This document shows, one piece after another, positions 23,195 through 34,137 of a DNA stretch of 64,000 nucleotides. A program made the translations under genes and the position numbers. Origin of the DNA: Myxococcota bacterium (GTDB lineage: Bacteria; Myxococcota_A; Polyangia; Polyangiales; Houyiibacteriaceae); NCBI GenBank assembly GCA_039030515.1, contig JBCCEA010000020.1, positions 1 to 64,000 of the forward strand. The letters run 5' to 3'. How positions within the stretch are numbered: position 1 is the first letter of the stretch; each line of letters starts with the position of its first letter. Below the pieces are notes generated by a model, which was given only the letters and a program-made list of their open reading frames with translations, was not told the DNA's origin and searched no databases.

Positions 23195-24397
23195 CTACTG
23201 ATCGGGGATGCCGGAAAGCGTGATGGGCAGCGTGACCTTTTCGCCATCGCGCACGACCTGCACCGAAACGGTGTCCCCTGAATGACGGGACTCCAAGATG
23301 CGAAACACGTCGTCAGAGTGTCCGACCGACTCCCCCTCGACCGAAACGATCACGTCGCCAACCACGAGAGAGCCCGACTGCCGATCGATCTTGGCTGCCC
23401 GCAGACCCGCCTGCTCCGCCCCGGAGCCTGGAGTCACCCCTAAGACCATCACCCCCTCCAATCCGATACGCTGCGCAAGCCGACCCTCGTCGACATCGAC
23501 CCCGAGCACCGGTCGGGTGACGCGTCCTTGAGCAACGAGCTGAGGCACGACCCGGCGTACCGCGTCTACCGGCACCGCAAACCCGACTCCTGCGGACGCA
23601 CCGGAGGGGCTGTAAATCTGGGTGTTGACGCCGATAAGGCGCCCCGCACTATCGAGCAGTGGACCGCCAGAGTTGCCCGGGTTGATGGCCGCGTCGGTTT
23701 GGATCGCGCCCTGTATCGGTCGGCCTCCAACGGAGGGAATCTCCCGTCCGACCGCACTGACAACGCCGGTGGAAAGGGTGTGATCGAGCCCAAAGGGATT
23801 GCCGATCGCATAGACCCGCTGCCCGACGACCAAATCTGCAGAGGTCCCGATCGTCAGCGGCACAAGCTGCTCTGCGCGTGCATCGATCTTGAGCACGGCG
23901 AGATCCTTATCGTCATAGTACCCGACCAGTCGCGCATCCCACACCGTCCCGTCCGCGAGCGCGACCCGAGCGGCATTCCCTCCTCGGACTACATGGTAGT
24001 TGGTCACGATATGTCCCTTTTCGTCCCAGACGAACCCGGTGCCGGTACCGCGAGGAACCGCGGTGACGTTGCGCCTGAAGAGATCCTGACGCATCGCGAG
24101 GGTGGTGATGTGAACCACCGAGGGATAGGCCCCACGAAAGACCTCGATCGTATTCTGCTCAAGCTCGGAAAGGTCGCCACGAGGGGCTACCGGACGAGGC
24201 GTCGGGCGAGACGAGGAACGAACTGCACTCCGGTCTCGAGTTGCGCCTCCGGTGAGGAACGAATCGGTGGCGGCTTGATGCTGCAGCGCATAGACGCCGC
24301 CCCAAAACCCGGCCGCCGCGCCGAAGATCGCCGCAAAGACAAGCAGCAAAAACACGGCAAAACCTGAGGAAATCGTGGATGGATTTTGCTTCGACAC
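23195..24397 (-). CDS. HtrA/DegP-family serine protease with PDZ domain
   Basis: GTGTGF, VTNYHV, DLAVLK, AIGNPFGL, IQTDAAINPGNSGGPL; N-terminal TM. Confidence 0.94.
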   Translation of the reverse strand: MSKQNPSTISSGFAVFLLLVFAAIFGAAAGFWGGVYALQHQAATDSFLTGGATRDRSAVRSSSRPTPRPVAPRGDLSELEQNTIEVFRGAYPSVVHITTLAMRQDLFRRNVTAVPRGTGTGFVWDEKGHIVTNYHVVRGGNAARVALADGTVWDARLVGYYDDKDLAVLKIDARAEQLVPLTIGTSADLVVGQRVYAIGNPFGLDHTLSTGVVSAVGREIPSVGGRPIQGAIQTDAAINPGNSGGPLLDSAGRLIGVNTQIYSPSGASAGVGFAVPVDAVRRVVPQLVAQGRVTRPVLGVDVDEGRLAQRIGLEGVMVLGVTPGSGAEQAGLRAAKIDRQSGSLVVGDVIVSVEGESVGHSDDVFRILESRHSGDTVSVQVVRDGEKVTLPITLSGIPDQ

Positions 24398-24522
24398 GAT
24401 ACGTACGGTAGCAGATTCTTCGGCAGCATTTGGCAGATCAGCTCGATTCTGGACGACCTCGATTCGAGGTGGCCGCGCACGAAACCGGCCATGGGAATAG
24501 GGCTCAGTTGAGGCAGATCCGG

Positions 24523-25488
24523 TCAGGGCGAATAGATGGCAGCGTGGGTGGCCTCCGCAGCTTCCAAAATTCGAAGCCCGGGATCGCTGAGCAGCGCCGC
24601 TTCTACTCCGCGCACCTGGCCCTGCTGGCAGGCCTTCAGTTCAGAAAAGCCGACATGCCGACAAAGCGCCGTCTCACGACCCGTTTGGGTGACGAGCCAC
24701 GGCGGATCCAGCACCAGCAGCTGCTCGGCAGTAAACGTCGGCCATCCGGAAAAGCCCGCTTCGGCGGCAACATCCCTCAGCCCGGCAAAACGCAGCACGT
24801 CCGCATAGCTGGTGCCCGCTGTTCCTCCGTAAAGGCGATCTCCGTGGACGCCCACATAGAGTGCCCGTCGACGTTCAGACTCCTCGACATGATCAGCCAC
24901 TCGGCCGAGTCGCTCGCGAAACCGGCGGCTTAGTGACTCTGCCCGCGCGGAGACACCGGTCAGTCGACCGATCTGCTCGATGTTTTCGATCAGCGTGCGC
25001 ACTCCATGCATCGGACCGAGATCGAAGACGTTGAGTCCAGCCCCCCTGAGTCGCGCCACCCGTCTCGGGTCGGCAAGGTTGCTCACAAAAACAAGATCGG
25101 GCCTAAGCGCGATGAGCTGTTCCAAGTCTTCCAGACGGGCGATGACTGGATGACCTCGATAGCGGAATGCGTCCGGGGCATCCCGAGCGCTCCGGGCACT
25201 GAACGCCACAATTCGAGTGGGCTCGACGAGCTCTAAGAGCACCTGGTCGGCGATCGTGGTCGCGCTCGCGATTCGCCGGTAGGTTTTCGGCTGAACCGAG
25301 GCGCCTCGAGCGTCACGAAGGGGTGGCCCGAAGGTGCTGGAGGATGCCGGCTCAGTAGCAGTCGAAGCGGCACTAGAAATCGAACCGTCCAAGCGGATCA
25401 CCGATGGACCGCCGGGCACTGCAAAAGCAAGCCACATGCCTGTGCCAAGCGCGAGCACAACTCCAACCAGATTGAGCGCATGGGTCAT
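24523..25488 (-). CDS. ABC transporter substrate-binding protein (BtuF/siderophore class III)
   Basis: RIAS, LEQLIALRPDLV, EQLLVLDP, PGLRILEA; in operon with the ATPase and FecCD permease. Confidence 0.85.
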   Translation of the reverse strand: MTHALNLVGVVLALGTGMWLAFAVPGGPSVIRLDGSISSAASTATEPASSSTFGPPLRDARGASVQPKTYRRIASATTIADQVLLELVEPTRIVAFSARSARDAPDAFRYRGHPVIARLEDLEQLIALRPDLVFVSNLADPRRVARLRGAGLNVFDLGPMHGVRTLIENIEQIGRLTGVSARAESLSRRFRERLGRVADHVEESERRRALYVGVHGDRLYGGTAGTSYADVLRFAGLRDVAAEAGFSGWPTFTAEQLLVLDPPWLVTQTGRETALCRHVGFSELKACQQGQVRGVEAALLSDPGLRILEAAEATHAAIYSP

Positions 25489-25528
25489 CTTAAATTCGCA
25501 TTCCTCGTGTCAAAATCAGCGCGGCATC

Positions 25529-26377
25529 TCAAGGCCCAGATTCGAGCAGCTCGAATCCCGGATGAATCCCTTCCACAAGCCTCACCCCGTACACCTCCTC
25601 CATCTGTTTGGAACCAACTACAGATGAGGGCACCCCAAACTGCACGAGTCTGCCTGCACTGAGGAGCAGTGCTGCGTCTGCATGCCGACGCGCGTCTGCA
25701 AGATCGTGCATGGCGATAGCGAAGGTATAGCCCTTCTGGCACAACGTCTTGAGGAGCCCGAAGAACGCAAGAGCCTGGCCCACGTCGAGGGCGGCAGTCG
25801 GCTCGTCCAAAAGTAGAATCTGCGCCTCGGTTGCAAGTGAACGGGCCATAAGGACCCGCTGCTGCTCTCCAATCGACAACTTTAGAAAGGAACGTCCTCC
25901 AAGATGAGTCGCACCCGAAAGCTCCATCGCCCGAGCCACCATCGTGCGATCGGCCGCGGGGGAAGACTCTGAATTGCGCGCGTAGCGTCCCTGACCGACA
26001 ACCTCCTCGACCCGAAGCGCTGAGCGGAGGAGCGTTCGCTGAGGCACGTAACCGAGGCAGCGAGCTCGCTGTATACTCTGCAAGTCTCGAACTTCATGGG
26101 TGAAGCCCTCCGTCTTCTGGTCTGGACCGCAGCCAGAAACGTGAACCGAGCCCTCATAGGGCAAAAGGCCCGCCAATGCCTTGAGCAACGTGCTCTTGCC
26201 CGCGCCGTTGGGCCCGAGCACCGCCAGAACGGAACCAGCGGGGACCACAAAGCTGATGTCCTGAAGAATCCGCCTCCGGCCGCGACGCATGGAAAGATGC
26301 TGCACGGAAAGCGCCGCGTTTGCGGACCGATCGCGCAAGGCGTCTGCCCTCACCGAAACGCCTTCTAACTCACTCAA
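25529..26377 (-). CDS. ABC transporter ATP-binding protein (FecE/BtuD-like)
   Basis: GPNGAGKST, LSIGEQQR, LLLDEPT, MHDL. Confidence 0.92.
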   Translation of the reverse strand: MSELEGVSVRADALRDRSANAALSVQHLSMRRGRRRILQDISFVVPAGSVLAVLGPNGAGKSTLLKALAGLLPYEGSVHVSGCGPDQKTEGFTHEVRDLQSIQRARCLGYVPQRTLLRSALRVEEVVGQGRYARNSESSPAADRTMVARAMELSGATHLGGRSFLKLSIGEQQRVLMARSLATEAQILLLDEPTAALDVGQALAFFGLLKTLCQKGYTFAIAMHDLADARRHADAALLLSAGRLVQFGVPSSVVGSKQMEEVYGVRLVEGIHPGFELLESGP

Positions 26378-27377
26378 GAGATTCCTCCGAGCGGGTGCGG
26401 AGCAACAAAACCAAGAACACCGGAGCGCCCACCAGGCCAGTCACCACCCCCAAAGGGACCTCTCCCTGCGTCGGTAGGGCGCGTGTGATCACGTCGCAGA
26501 CCACGACAAAAGCTCCTCCGGCGAGCAAACATGCGGGTAAAAGCGCCCGGTGGGACACTCCGACAAAAGGCCGAAGCACATGCGGCACCACGAGACCCAC
26601 AAAGGAAAGACTGCCTCCGAGGGACACCGCAGCGGCAACCAAGACGCTAACCCAAACAGCGATCCAAAGCCTCACCTGACGCACCTCGACACCGAGAGAC
26701 GCGGCTTCTTCTTCGCCGCTAAGCAAGAGGTCGAGCGGGCGCGACCAGGAAAACGCGGCGGCCAGGCCAAAACCCAACAGAGGTAGCGCAAACAAGAGCT
26801 GGCGGGGACCGGCACCGGAGACAGACCCTAGGGCAAACGCAACCACGGCTCGGCCCAGCTCCCAGCTATCCTGGGAAAGCGTCGTCAAAAAACTGCTGAG
26901 GCTGAGAAATAAAGACGACAAAATGAAACCGACGAGCAGCAGCGCAAGCAGATCCTGAGTGACCCTAAGAAAAGCCAAGAGCACCGAAAGAGCCAACATC
27001 GCTCCCAAAAGACAGCCGAACGGGAGGATCATCTCGGGCAAGAACAGGGCGCGGCTGCCGGGCATCACCGCGTGGCCGAACCAGTCCCAGAACACCAGCG
27101 CCAACTGACCCCCGAGGTTGGCGCCCGCCGTGGTTCCGAGCACAGAGGGACTGGCGAGCGGGTTTCGGAAGAGCCCCTGAACGAGAACGCCACCCACGGC
27201 GAGTGCCGAGCCCGCGAGAAACGACGCCGCGAGACGATAGCCACGAAGGCTTAAGAAGGTGTCTCGCAGCTCTGGCTCAGAGAGACTGCCGGTACCCACC
27301 GCGAGAGAGGCGGCAGCTGCAATGAGAAGCGCAGCTGAGATCAAGACGTAGCTACGAAGCAGCAATTTTTGTTTCAC
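26370..27377 (-). CDS. FecCD/BtuC-family ABC permease
   Basis: QGLFRNPLASPSVLG, GEEEAASLGV, FVGLVVPH, VPLGVVTGLVGAPVF; likely start GTG 27377 (the track ORF overlaps the RND gene). Confidence 0.92.
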   Translation of the reverse strand: MKQKLLLRSYVLISAALLIAAAASLAVGTGSLSEPELRDTFLSLRGYRLAASFLAGSALAVGGVLVQGLFRNPLASPSVLGTTAGANLGGQLALVFWDWFGHAVMPGSRALFLPEMILPFGCLLGAMLALSVLLAFLRVTQDLLALLLVGFILSSLFLSLSSFLTTLSQDSWELGRAVVAFALGSVSGAGPRQLLFALPLLGFGLAAAFSWSRPLDLLLSGEEEAASLGVEVRQVRLWIAVWVSVLVAAAVSLGGSLSFVGLVVPHVLRPFVGVSHRALLPACLLAGGAFVVVCDVITRALPTQGEVPLGVVTGLVGAPVFLVLLLRTRSEESLE

Positions 27378-27391
27378 GACCGACCCATGAC

Positions 27392-30300
27392 TCAGCTCGA
27401 AGTACGCGTCCGCATCACGCGGCTCGCAGAGACACCTAGGCGCTGTCGCAACCGCCATACGATAGAGAATCCAGAGGGGATGACCACCAAAGTGAGCATC
27501 GTCGACATCAGCAACCCTCCGAGGACAACCGCACCGGTCCCGCGGTAGAGCTCCGTTCCGGAACCGGGGATCCAAACCATCGGCAGGAGCCCAGCGAGAC
27601 TGGTCAGGGTGGTCATCCACACCGGCCGTGCGCGCGACTCCACCGCGAGACGAAGAGCAGACTCGATCGTCTCTCCTTGGCGCAGTCTCGCGAGCGCCCC
27701 ATCGACCACCAGGATGGCGTTGTTGACAACCACTCCGAGCAAGATGAGGAATCCGAGCGCCGTCACCAGATCGAGCGCCTGAGGCGCGGCAAAGGCGCTC
27801 AGCAGGTGCAGTGCGATGGCGCCGCCCGCACTCGCGAGAGGCACGGTGAGTAAGACCACGAGAGGCGCGAGAAAGTCCTCAAACAGCGCGCTCATCAGCA
27901 AATAGGAGATCAGCAACGCAAGCCATAGAACAGAGGCAAACTGCTCCTTTGCAATCGCGAGATCTCCAACCGTGCCCGACACGGTGATGCGCGATCGACG
28001 GGATAGCTCAGCGCCTGACCGAATCGGCTCCAGCACGTCACGGTCGATGAGGGCAAGCGCTTCACTGAGCGGCATCGAGGCTTCCGGCGATACCTGAAGC
28101 GTGATCGCTCGGGATCGCTCGATCCTGCGAATGACGGTCGGCCCAAGCTCCTCTGAAAGCTCAGCCAGCACACCAAAAGGAACGACTTGGCCTGAAGCAA
28201 GCGACACTGGGGCACTCTCTAGTTCCGAAGTGGTTTCGATCGGAGCGCCATCACCACGAACCGCCCGCAAAATCACGTCCAGCCTTGGCGCCCCATCATC
28301 ACCCAGTTCTCCGATCACCGCTCCATCGACCAGAACGTCCAAGGTCTGACCGATTTCCGAAGTCGACATCCCGAGAGTCGCAGAAGAATCTCGCCGAGGC
28401 CTCGCACGCAACTCGAGAGCCCCCGCGTCGAGCGCCGGTATCGGACGAATCTGAGACGTGGGAAGCACCTCGCGAAGCTTGTCGAAAATAAGGCGCCCCG
28501 CCTTGGTCAGCTCTGCGAGATCGCCTCCTGAAACATTGACTTCGATGGTGCGCCCTCCTCCGCGCCGGCCAAAAAGAGAAGCCTGCGTTGTAAATGAGAA
28601 GTACCCGGGAATCTCGCTTTGAACCCGACGTAGCCATCGCAAGATCCCTCCGATCTGGCTCGGATCTTCCGCCACCGCTCCGCCAAAGAGCCGCGTCGGC
28701 GTCCCTACAAAGAAGCTGCGGCGGATCGCAGGAACCCCGTCCACTACCTTACCCACGTGAGGTGAAAGCTGCTTCTGAACCCCAAGACCAGCCCGCTCCA
28801 GCTCCGAAACCGAAGTGCCCGCGGGAGGTACGAGCACCCCAAACACTAGATTTCGGTTTCCTCGAGGCAAATACTCGAGCGGAGGCAGCAGCTGGGTCGT
28901 CGCCGCAATACAAAGAGTCAAGGCGACGCCCACGATCGCAAGGCTGCGCAGGGTCGACTGAGACACCCAGTAGACCGCCCTGCCGAGCGAGCGCCGTGCA
29001 GACGCGCCAAAACGCTGTAGCGCTCCGGAGGCTCTTTCAGAGTCAGGTTCAGAGGCAGGACGCCTCTTGCGGAGCAAGCGACTCGAAAGACTGGGGATCA
29101 CCCAGATGCTCACAAAAAGCGAGGTCAGAACCGCAACGCTGACGGCAACCGAAATATCGCGAAGCAGCTGACCCACTTCACTTTCCCAGGTGATGACCGG
29201 CAAGAACACCGCTGCGGTGGTCGCGGTCGAGGCGAGCAACGCACCCCAGACTTCAGCAACGCCTCGCACGGACGCCTCGCGCGCGGACCCGACCCGGTGC
29301 GACCAGGTATCGATCGATTCGAGGGACACGATCGAGTTGTCGAGCACCATACCGATCGCAAACGTGATTCCGGCCAGACTGACCACGTTGAGGGAGCGCC
29401 CCATCCACTGCATTCCGAGCATCGTGCCGAACACGCAAATCGGAATAGCGACAGCCACGATCATGCTCGCGGCAATACTGCGCAAGGCAAGAAACAGCAC
29501 GAGCACCGCAAGAACTCCACCGAGCAGTAGATTTTGGCGCACCTGATCGATCGCGCTCTCGATGTAACCCACCTGATCGCTCACGACCTGAAAGCTCAGA
29601 CCCTCCGGAGCGAACAGCGCCTCATTCATGCGGGCGACTTCAGCGCGGATCTTACGGGTCACCTCTAGGACGTTGCTGCCCGACTCCCTCCGAACGAGTA
29701 GGACCATGGAGGGAAGATCGTTTTGAAACGCAACCGTCGATGGATCGCGAAGGCCCATCCGAATGTCGGCCACCTGGGAGAGATGGATCGGCGTGCCGTC
29801 TTGCCCGACCCCGATGCGCAGCTCCCCTAAATCTTCCGGATTCGGAGGAAGTGCCAAGGTGCGCACAGCCAAGCGGCGGCGGCCGTAGTTGACCTCTCCT
29901 GCAGAAATATCCGCCAGCTCTGCCCGCAAACTTTCCACGAGTGATGACATGGAAATTCCCCGAGCGGCGAGCTTGGTGATGTCGACATCGACGCGATACA
30001 CGCGATCTCGCCCCCCGAGGTGGGTGAGTTCTCCAACGCCCTCGATACGCTGCAGCATCGGGACGACCCGTTCCGCAAGCCAGGTTCGGTAGGCGTCGAC
30101 GGATGCACCGCGAAGCGAGGTAACGGTGAGGACGGCAAGGGGTGGTCCGGAATCGTTCGCCGTCTCTACGACCGGGTCGTCGGCATTTTCTGGGTAGTCC
30201 GAAACCTGGGCCAAGCGATTCGTGAGCCGAACCAAAGATTCGTCGATATCGGTTCCTGCATCGAACTCGAGGGTGATCGAGCCGGAGTCTGGCGCCGCTT

Positions 30301-30622
30301 GGCTGGTCATTTCGACCAGGCCCGGGATATCCTTGAGCACGTCCTCTTGCGGTTCGAGGACTTCCGCCTCGACTTCCGTAGGGGCAGCGCCGAGCCAGCG
30401 TGTGCGCACCGTCAGGCTTGGGCGGGTGATATCGGGCGTCAGCTGGATCGGCAGATCGCGGATCGACAGTGCGCCAAAAAGCAGCACCAAAAGGGCGCCG
30501 ACTACCACCGTAACCGGTCGACGCACCGCAAACTCGAGGATCGAAAATGTGGAACGCTCTGAGTGAGCGGACGCCTCGCCTGCGTTTTCTACGTCTTTTT
30601 CGGTAGGCGGGCTTGGACTCAT
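27392..30622 (-). CDS. RND efflux transporter permease (AcrB/D/F family)
   Basis: RRPVTV, SLNVVSLAG...GMVLDNSIV, GVVVNNAILVVD, RARPVWMTTLT; 1076 aa. Confidence 0.95.
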   Translation of the reverse strand: MSPSPPTEKDVENAGEASAHSERSTFSILEFAVRRPVTVVVGALLVLLFGALSIRDLPIQLTPDITRPSLTVRTRWLGAAPTEVEAEVLEPQEDVLKDIPGLVEMTSQAAPDSGSITLEFDAGTDIDESLVRLTNRLAQVSDYPENADDPVVETANDSGPPLAVLTVTSLRGASVDAYRTWLAERVVPMLQRIEGVGELTHLGGRDRVYRVDVDITKLAARGISMSSLVESLRAELADISAGEVNYGRRRLAVRTLALPPNPEDLGELRIGVGQDGTPIHLSQVADIRMGLRDPSTVAFQNDLPSMVLLVRRESGSNVLEVTRKIRAEVARMNEALFAPEGLSFQVVSDQVGYIESAIDQVRQNLLLGGVLAVLVLFLALRSIAASMIVAVAIPICVFGTMLGMQWMGRSLNVVSLAGITFAIGMVLDNSIVSLESIDTWSHRVGSAREASVRGVAEVWGALLASTATTAAVFLPVITWESEVGQLLRDISVAVSVAVLTSLFVSIWVIPSLSSRLLRKRRPASEPDSERASGALQRFGASARRSLGRAVYWVSQSTLRSLAIVGVALTLCIAATTQLLPPLEYLPRGNRNLVFGVLVPPAGTSVSELERAGLGVQKQLSPHVGKVVDGVPAIRRSFFVGTPTRLFGGAVAEDPSQIGGILRWLRRVQSEIPGYFSFTTQASLFGRRGGGRTIEVNVSGGDLAELTKAGRLIFDKLREVLPTSQIRPIPALDAGALELRARPRRDSSATLGMSTSEIGQTLDVLVDGAVIGELGDDGAPRLDVILRAVRGDGAPIETTSELESAPVSLASGQVVPFGVLAELSEELGPTVIRRIERSRAITLQVSPEASMPLSEALALIDRDVLEPIRSGAELSRRSRITVSGTVGDLAIAKEQFASVLWLALLISYLLMSALFEDFLAPLVVLLTVPLASAGGAIALHLLSAFAAPQALDLVTALGFLILLGVVVNNAILVVDGALARLRQGETIESALRLAVESRARPVWMTTLTSLAGLLPMVWIPGSGTELYRGTGAVVLGGLLMSTMLTLVVIPSGFSIVWRLRQRLGVSASRVMRTRTSS

Positions 30623-31944
30623 CCCTGCCTCGGAACCTGCGCTGAGGCGCCTGTCCGATCGGGCGCGGCGCCTCTTTTTTCACGCGCGTCGCTATCGTCT
30701 GGAGCATCGTCATCGCGTGCCGGGTCGATGTGGACCCGAACGTCATGGCCACTCTTCAGTTCGCGGTCTTTTGATGCATCGACCGAGGATGCGAGGATCA
30801 CGGGCTGTCCGGGTCGCAAGCGTTCATTGCCCTTTACCACCACAAGCGCACCCTGAGAGAGGGCCATCGACTGCCCTGCCAACACCTCCACTCGGGCGAA
30901 CTCATGGTTCCTTTCGAGGACGCGCACGGAGATCGCTTCCGCCATGTCGTTCACCACGGCGAACACGCGCGTATCCGCGACCCCGACGACCAGGGCATCC
31001 CTCGGCACCAGCGGCTTTGGGGACTCCTTTGCGGTGGCGAAGACCACATCGACGGTGCCGCCAGGTAAAAGCCAATTCGCAGAAGTTGTCGCAAGAAGCC
31101 GAAGCTGCGCGGTGCGGGTAGAAGGCTCGATTGCAGGCACAACGCCGACAACTTGAGCGGGTTGACTTCGGTCGCCAAGGCGAAGTTCTGCCGGCATCCC
31201 CACCTGGATCTCGGCAAGCATCGCAGGGTCCACGCGCACCAGAACCTCTACCTGAGCGTCCGCTACGAGCTCAAGCACCGGATCGCCGACGCCAACCCAA
31301 TCGCCCGGATCGACCAGCCGAGCCGTGACCACCGCCTGAAAGGGCGCGATGACTCGATGCCTCGAAAGCGTCTCCCGAGCCTGCGTTGTCCTCGCTTCCA
31401 AACTGCGAAGCTCCGCTTCGAGTGCGTCTGCAGTGCTTTGCGCCCGTTCGATCTCGACGTCTGCCACGGAATCCGAACCGACACGTCGGTAGCGTTCAGC
31501 GTCTCTTTTTGCTTGGGCCTGCTCGGTCTCAGTCCGGAGTCGCTCTGCCTGAGACTGCGCGAACTGAGCGGCAGCAAGGTCTGGATCGAGCTGGAGCAAG
31601 ACGTCACCGGTCGCCACCCGATCCCCTTCGCGAACCACGACTCGCGTGACTTGTCCCTCGGCGCCGGCAGCGAGCTCGGCGGTCGCCATCGCCCGAACTT
31701 GGCCGAGGTAGCGGTAGGTTCGAGGCAGCGCTCCATAACGCACCTCTGCTACGGCGACGCGAGAAGGCCGAGGAGCGGGACGCGAAACAGAATCCGGAGG
31801 ACTCGAACAGCCAAACTGGTGGAGAACCGGAACGATGAGGGCCAAGGCGCGGAACTCAAGCGTTCGAGGGACGCGGCGATGCAGGGAGTGCACGGAGGCG
31901 TGCGTAGAGCTCCCGAGGGAATCCCGCAAGGCTGACCGAAGCAA
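30619..31944 (-). CDS. RND efflux periplasmic adaptor (membrane fusion protein)
   Basis: GQVTRVVVREGDRVATGDVL, coiled hairpin, IAPFQAVV, VVKGNERLRPG; start uncertain. Confidence 0.9.
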   Translation of the reverse strand: MLRSALRDSLGSSTHASVHSLHRRVPRTLEFRALALIVPVLHQFGCSSPPDSVSRPAPRPSRVAVAEVRYGALPRTYRYLGQVRAMATAELAAGAEGQVTRVVVREGDRVATGDVLLQLDPDLAAAQFAQSQAERLRTETEQAQAKRDAERYRRVGSDSVADVEIERAQSTADALEAELRSLEARTTQARETLSRHRVIAPFQAVVTARLVDPGDWVGVGDPVLELVADAQVEVLVRVDPAMLAEIQVGMPAELRLGDRSQPAQVVGVVPAIEPSTRTAQLRLLATTSANWLLPGGTVDVVFATAKESPKPLVPRDALVVGVADTRVFAVVNDMAEAISVRVLERNHEFARVEVLAGQSMALSQGALVVVKGNERLRPGQPVILASSVDASKDRELKSGHDVRVHIDPARDDDAPDDSDAREKRGAAPDRTGASAQVPRQG

Positions 31945-32140
31945 GCAGACTTCGGTCGTCGAATCAGGGGAGCATTTAAGGTCGCTCTCTTTTACAGCAA
32001 TAATGTCTTTATTTGGTAGTGCGGCAAGAAGCTACACTTGCTATTTTGTGGACATGGCGGCCGAACGCGATGCCTTGGACCCCAAAGCCCACTGGGCGCT
32101 GAACGCTCAGCGAGTACGTCAAGTCGCTTCTGCCTTGCGG

Positions 32141-33925
32141 ATGAGCTTCTTTGTGCAGAGTGCGTTGCTGTGGCTCTCCGTCGCTGGTTGCTCAGAGCAG
32201 ACGCATGAAATTGCTCTCGATCTCGTCACCGATATCGCCCCGCAGGTGGATTCCGCAAGCGGCTATCTCCAAGCTCAAGTGGACCACATCACCGGCAATT
32301 CAGAGCCCCAGTTTACCTCGCCACCAGAGAACGCACTGACCTCTCCCTCGGGGAATGAAACCTATTCCTACCGAATTGCCGCGTTTGAGAAGATTCCTCG
32401 AGGACGTCATCGCTTCGAAGTCGCACTCGTGAACGCGCAAGAAGATCAACTCGTCACGGTCCTGGCGCGACCGGTCCTGGTAGACATCAGACGCAACACC
32501 GTGGTGCGTGTCTTCCTCACCCAGGACTGCGTCGGGGTCGCGTGCGACGACCCTGACAACCAGTTCTGCCGCGCAGGCGAGTGCGTCCCGCTGGAAGTAT
32601 GCTCGAGCAACTCGCGGTCTTGTGAGTCTGCCCCTGAACCCCGACCAGAGCCAGAACCCGAGCCAAAGCCGGAGTGTGTCAGAGACAGCGATTGTCCGGC
32701 CGAAGCCTGCGAGACCTCTGTTTGTGTCTTGGGCACCTGCAATACCGAGAGCATCGAGTCCTGCATTCCTTGTCAAACTCGGTCCGATTGTCCGGTGCCG
32801 GAAACGAGCTGCGCCGAGGCTCTTTGCGAGGCGGGCCGATGCGGATCTCGACTGGTTCAGGAGCTCTGCAGTGCGCCCTTGACCTGCGTTGAAAACGTCG
32901 GATGTGCGCTCGAGTGCAGCGGTGACGCCGACTGCGTCTGTGGCACGTGCAGCGCCGGCCTTTGCGTTCCGCCTACCCCAGACGAGGACTCCTGCGCAAG
33001 TCCCGAGAGCTGCATGCCCGGCTTTGGGTGCCTTCCGCTATTGCCGGCCTTTGACTGCCCCACGAGGCTGTCCATCGCCGACACAGGTGATGACGAGTGG
33101 AGCCCTTCTCTGACGATCCTGCAGGGAACCGACGTCGAGGTGCTCGGTTTTCTGAGCGACGAGGGAGGCGCGCCCGAATATCGATTTATCTACCGCACGT
33201 CAGATTCGGACTGGATAGGTCCTCGGTCGACCGAGGCTGCGTCACAGGTCACCTCCGGTTCCACACTCCCGATGCCGGTAGTCCTCGACGACATCCACCT
33301 CTATTCCATCCTCGATCGGGTCGGATTCTCGAACACTTGGAGCGGCCTCGCATACGTCACCCTTCGCAGCGAAAGCTCCGGCGCGACGACGCTCCGTGAA
33401 TACGTCGTCGAACTCGATGGGGATGCGATCGAACTCAACTTTGCAGCGACGCAAGAGGCCCCGATCGAAGGTGGCGCCGACGCGGATGTGATCGACGCAA
33501 ACGACCATTTCAGCATGACCATCCGCTCGGGTAGCGGAGATCGGGACATCGCCTTTTCCGCTCCAGAGCTCTATCCGAGCCAGGGTATCAATTCCGACTT
33601 CGACGAAATCTCACCCTCACCCACTCCTTCACTTCAAGCGCTTGTCTTCGCTTCGAATCGGGCGTCCCACGACGTTCAAGAGTTCCGACTCTTCGTCGGC
33701 TACCGAGACGGAGATCGATTCGACCTGGTGCTGCCCATGAGTTCACTCGACGATCCGCAAGCAAACACGGTCGATGCTTGGCTGAGGTCCGACCTGCAGG
33801 GCAGCGATTTTCCCGACATTTTCTTCGCGTCGAACCGGGGTCCGGATGGCGATCTGGATCTCTATACTGCCGACGCCGATCCGAACGTCGCTCCGGCAAC
33901 CCTCAGCAACCGATGCACGCAGTAG
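32141..33925 (+). CDS. Cys-rich lipoprotein with C-terminal PD40/TolB-like repeats
   Basis: Lipobox VAGC after ATG 32141 (alternative start 32054); Cys-rich C..D.DC repeats; DEISPSP..LVFASNR and IFFASNR...DLDLY. Confidence 0.65.
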   Translation: MSFFVQSALLWLSVAGCSEQTHEIALDLVTDIAPQVDSASGYLQAQVDHITGNSEPQFTSPPENALTSPSGNETYSYRIAAFEKIPRGRHRFEVALVNAQEDQLVTVLARPVLVDIRRNTVVRVFLTQDCVGVACDDPDNQFCRAGECVPLEVCSSNSRSCESAPEPRPEPEPEPKPECVRDSDCPAEACETSVCVLGTCNTESIESCIPCQTRSDCPVPETSCAEALCEAGRCGSRLVQELCSAPLTCVENVGCALECSGDADCVCGTCSAGLCVPPTPDEDSCASPESCMPGFGCLPLLPAFDCPTRLSIADTGDDEWSPSLTILQGTDVEVLGFLSDEGGAPEYRFIYRTSDSDWIGPRSTEAASQVTSGSTLPMPVVLDDIHLYSILDRVGFSNTWSGLAYVTLRSESSGATTLREYVVELDGDAIELNFAATQEAPIEGGADADVIDANDHFSMTIRSGSGDRDIAFSAPELYPSQGINSDFDEISPSPTPSLQALVFASNRASHDVQEFRLFVGYRDGDRFDLVLPMSSLDDPQANTVDAWLRSDLQGSDFPDIFFASNRGPDGDLDLYTADADPNVAPATLSNRCTQ

Positions 33926-34137
33926 CCTCAGCAACCGATGCATGCAGTAGGCAGATCGCCCGCGAGCGGTGCGCGACTCGCCGAACCGTGAACTACATGC
34001 TTCAAAACTGCGCCACTTTGAGCCAGATTCCCTCCCCACGAACTTCGGCGCCTCGTTTTTCTGGGATCACGCACGCATATCTGTTTAGAATCATTGACGT
34101 CGTAACCTCGGCATCTTTAGTGCATAAGCGCTCCCCC

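Noticed and set aside
31945..32140. Cobalamin riboswitch upstream of the RND/ABC run (also looked upstream of exbB and mutA)
   Set aside because: No recognisable B12-box or core motifs by eye; an Infernal scan would be needed to exclude it fully.
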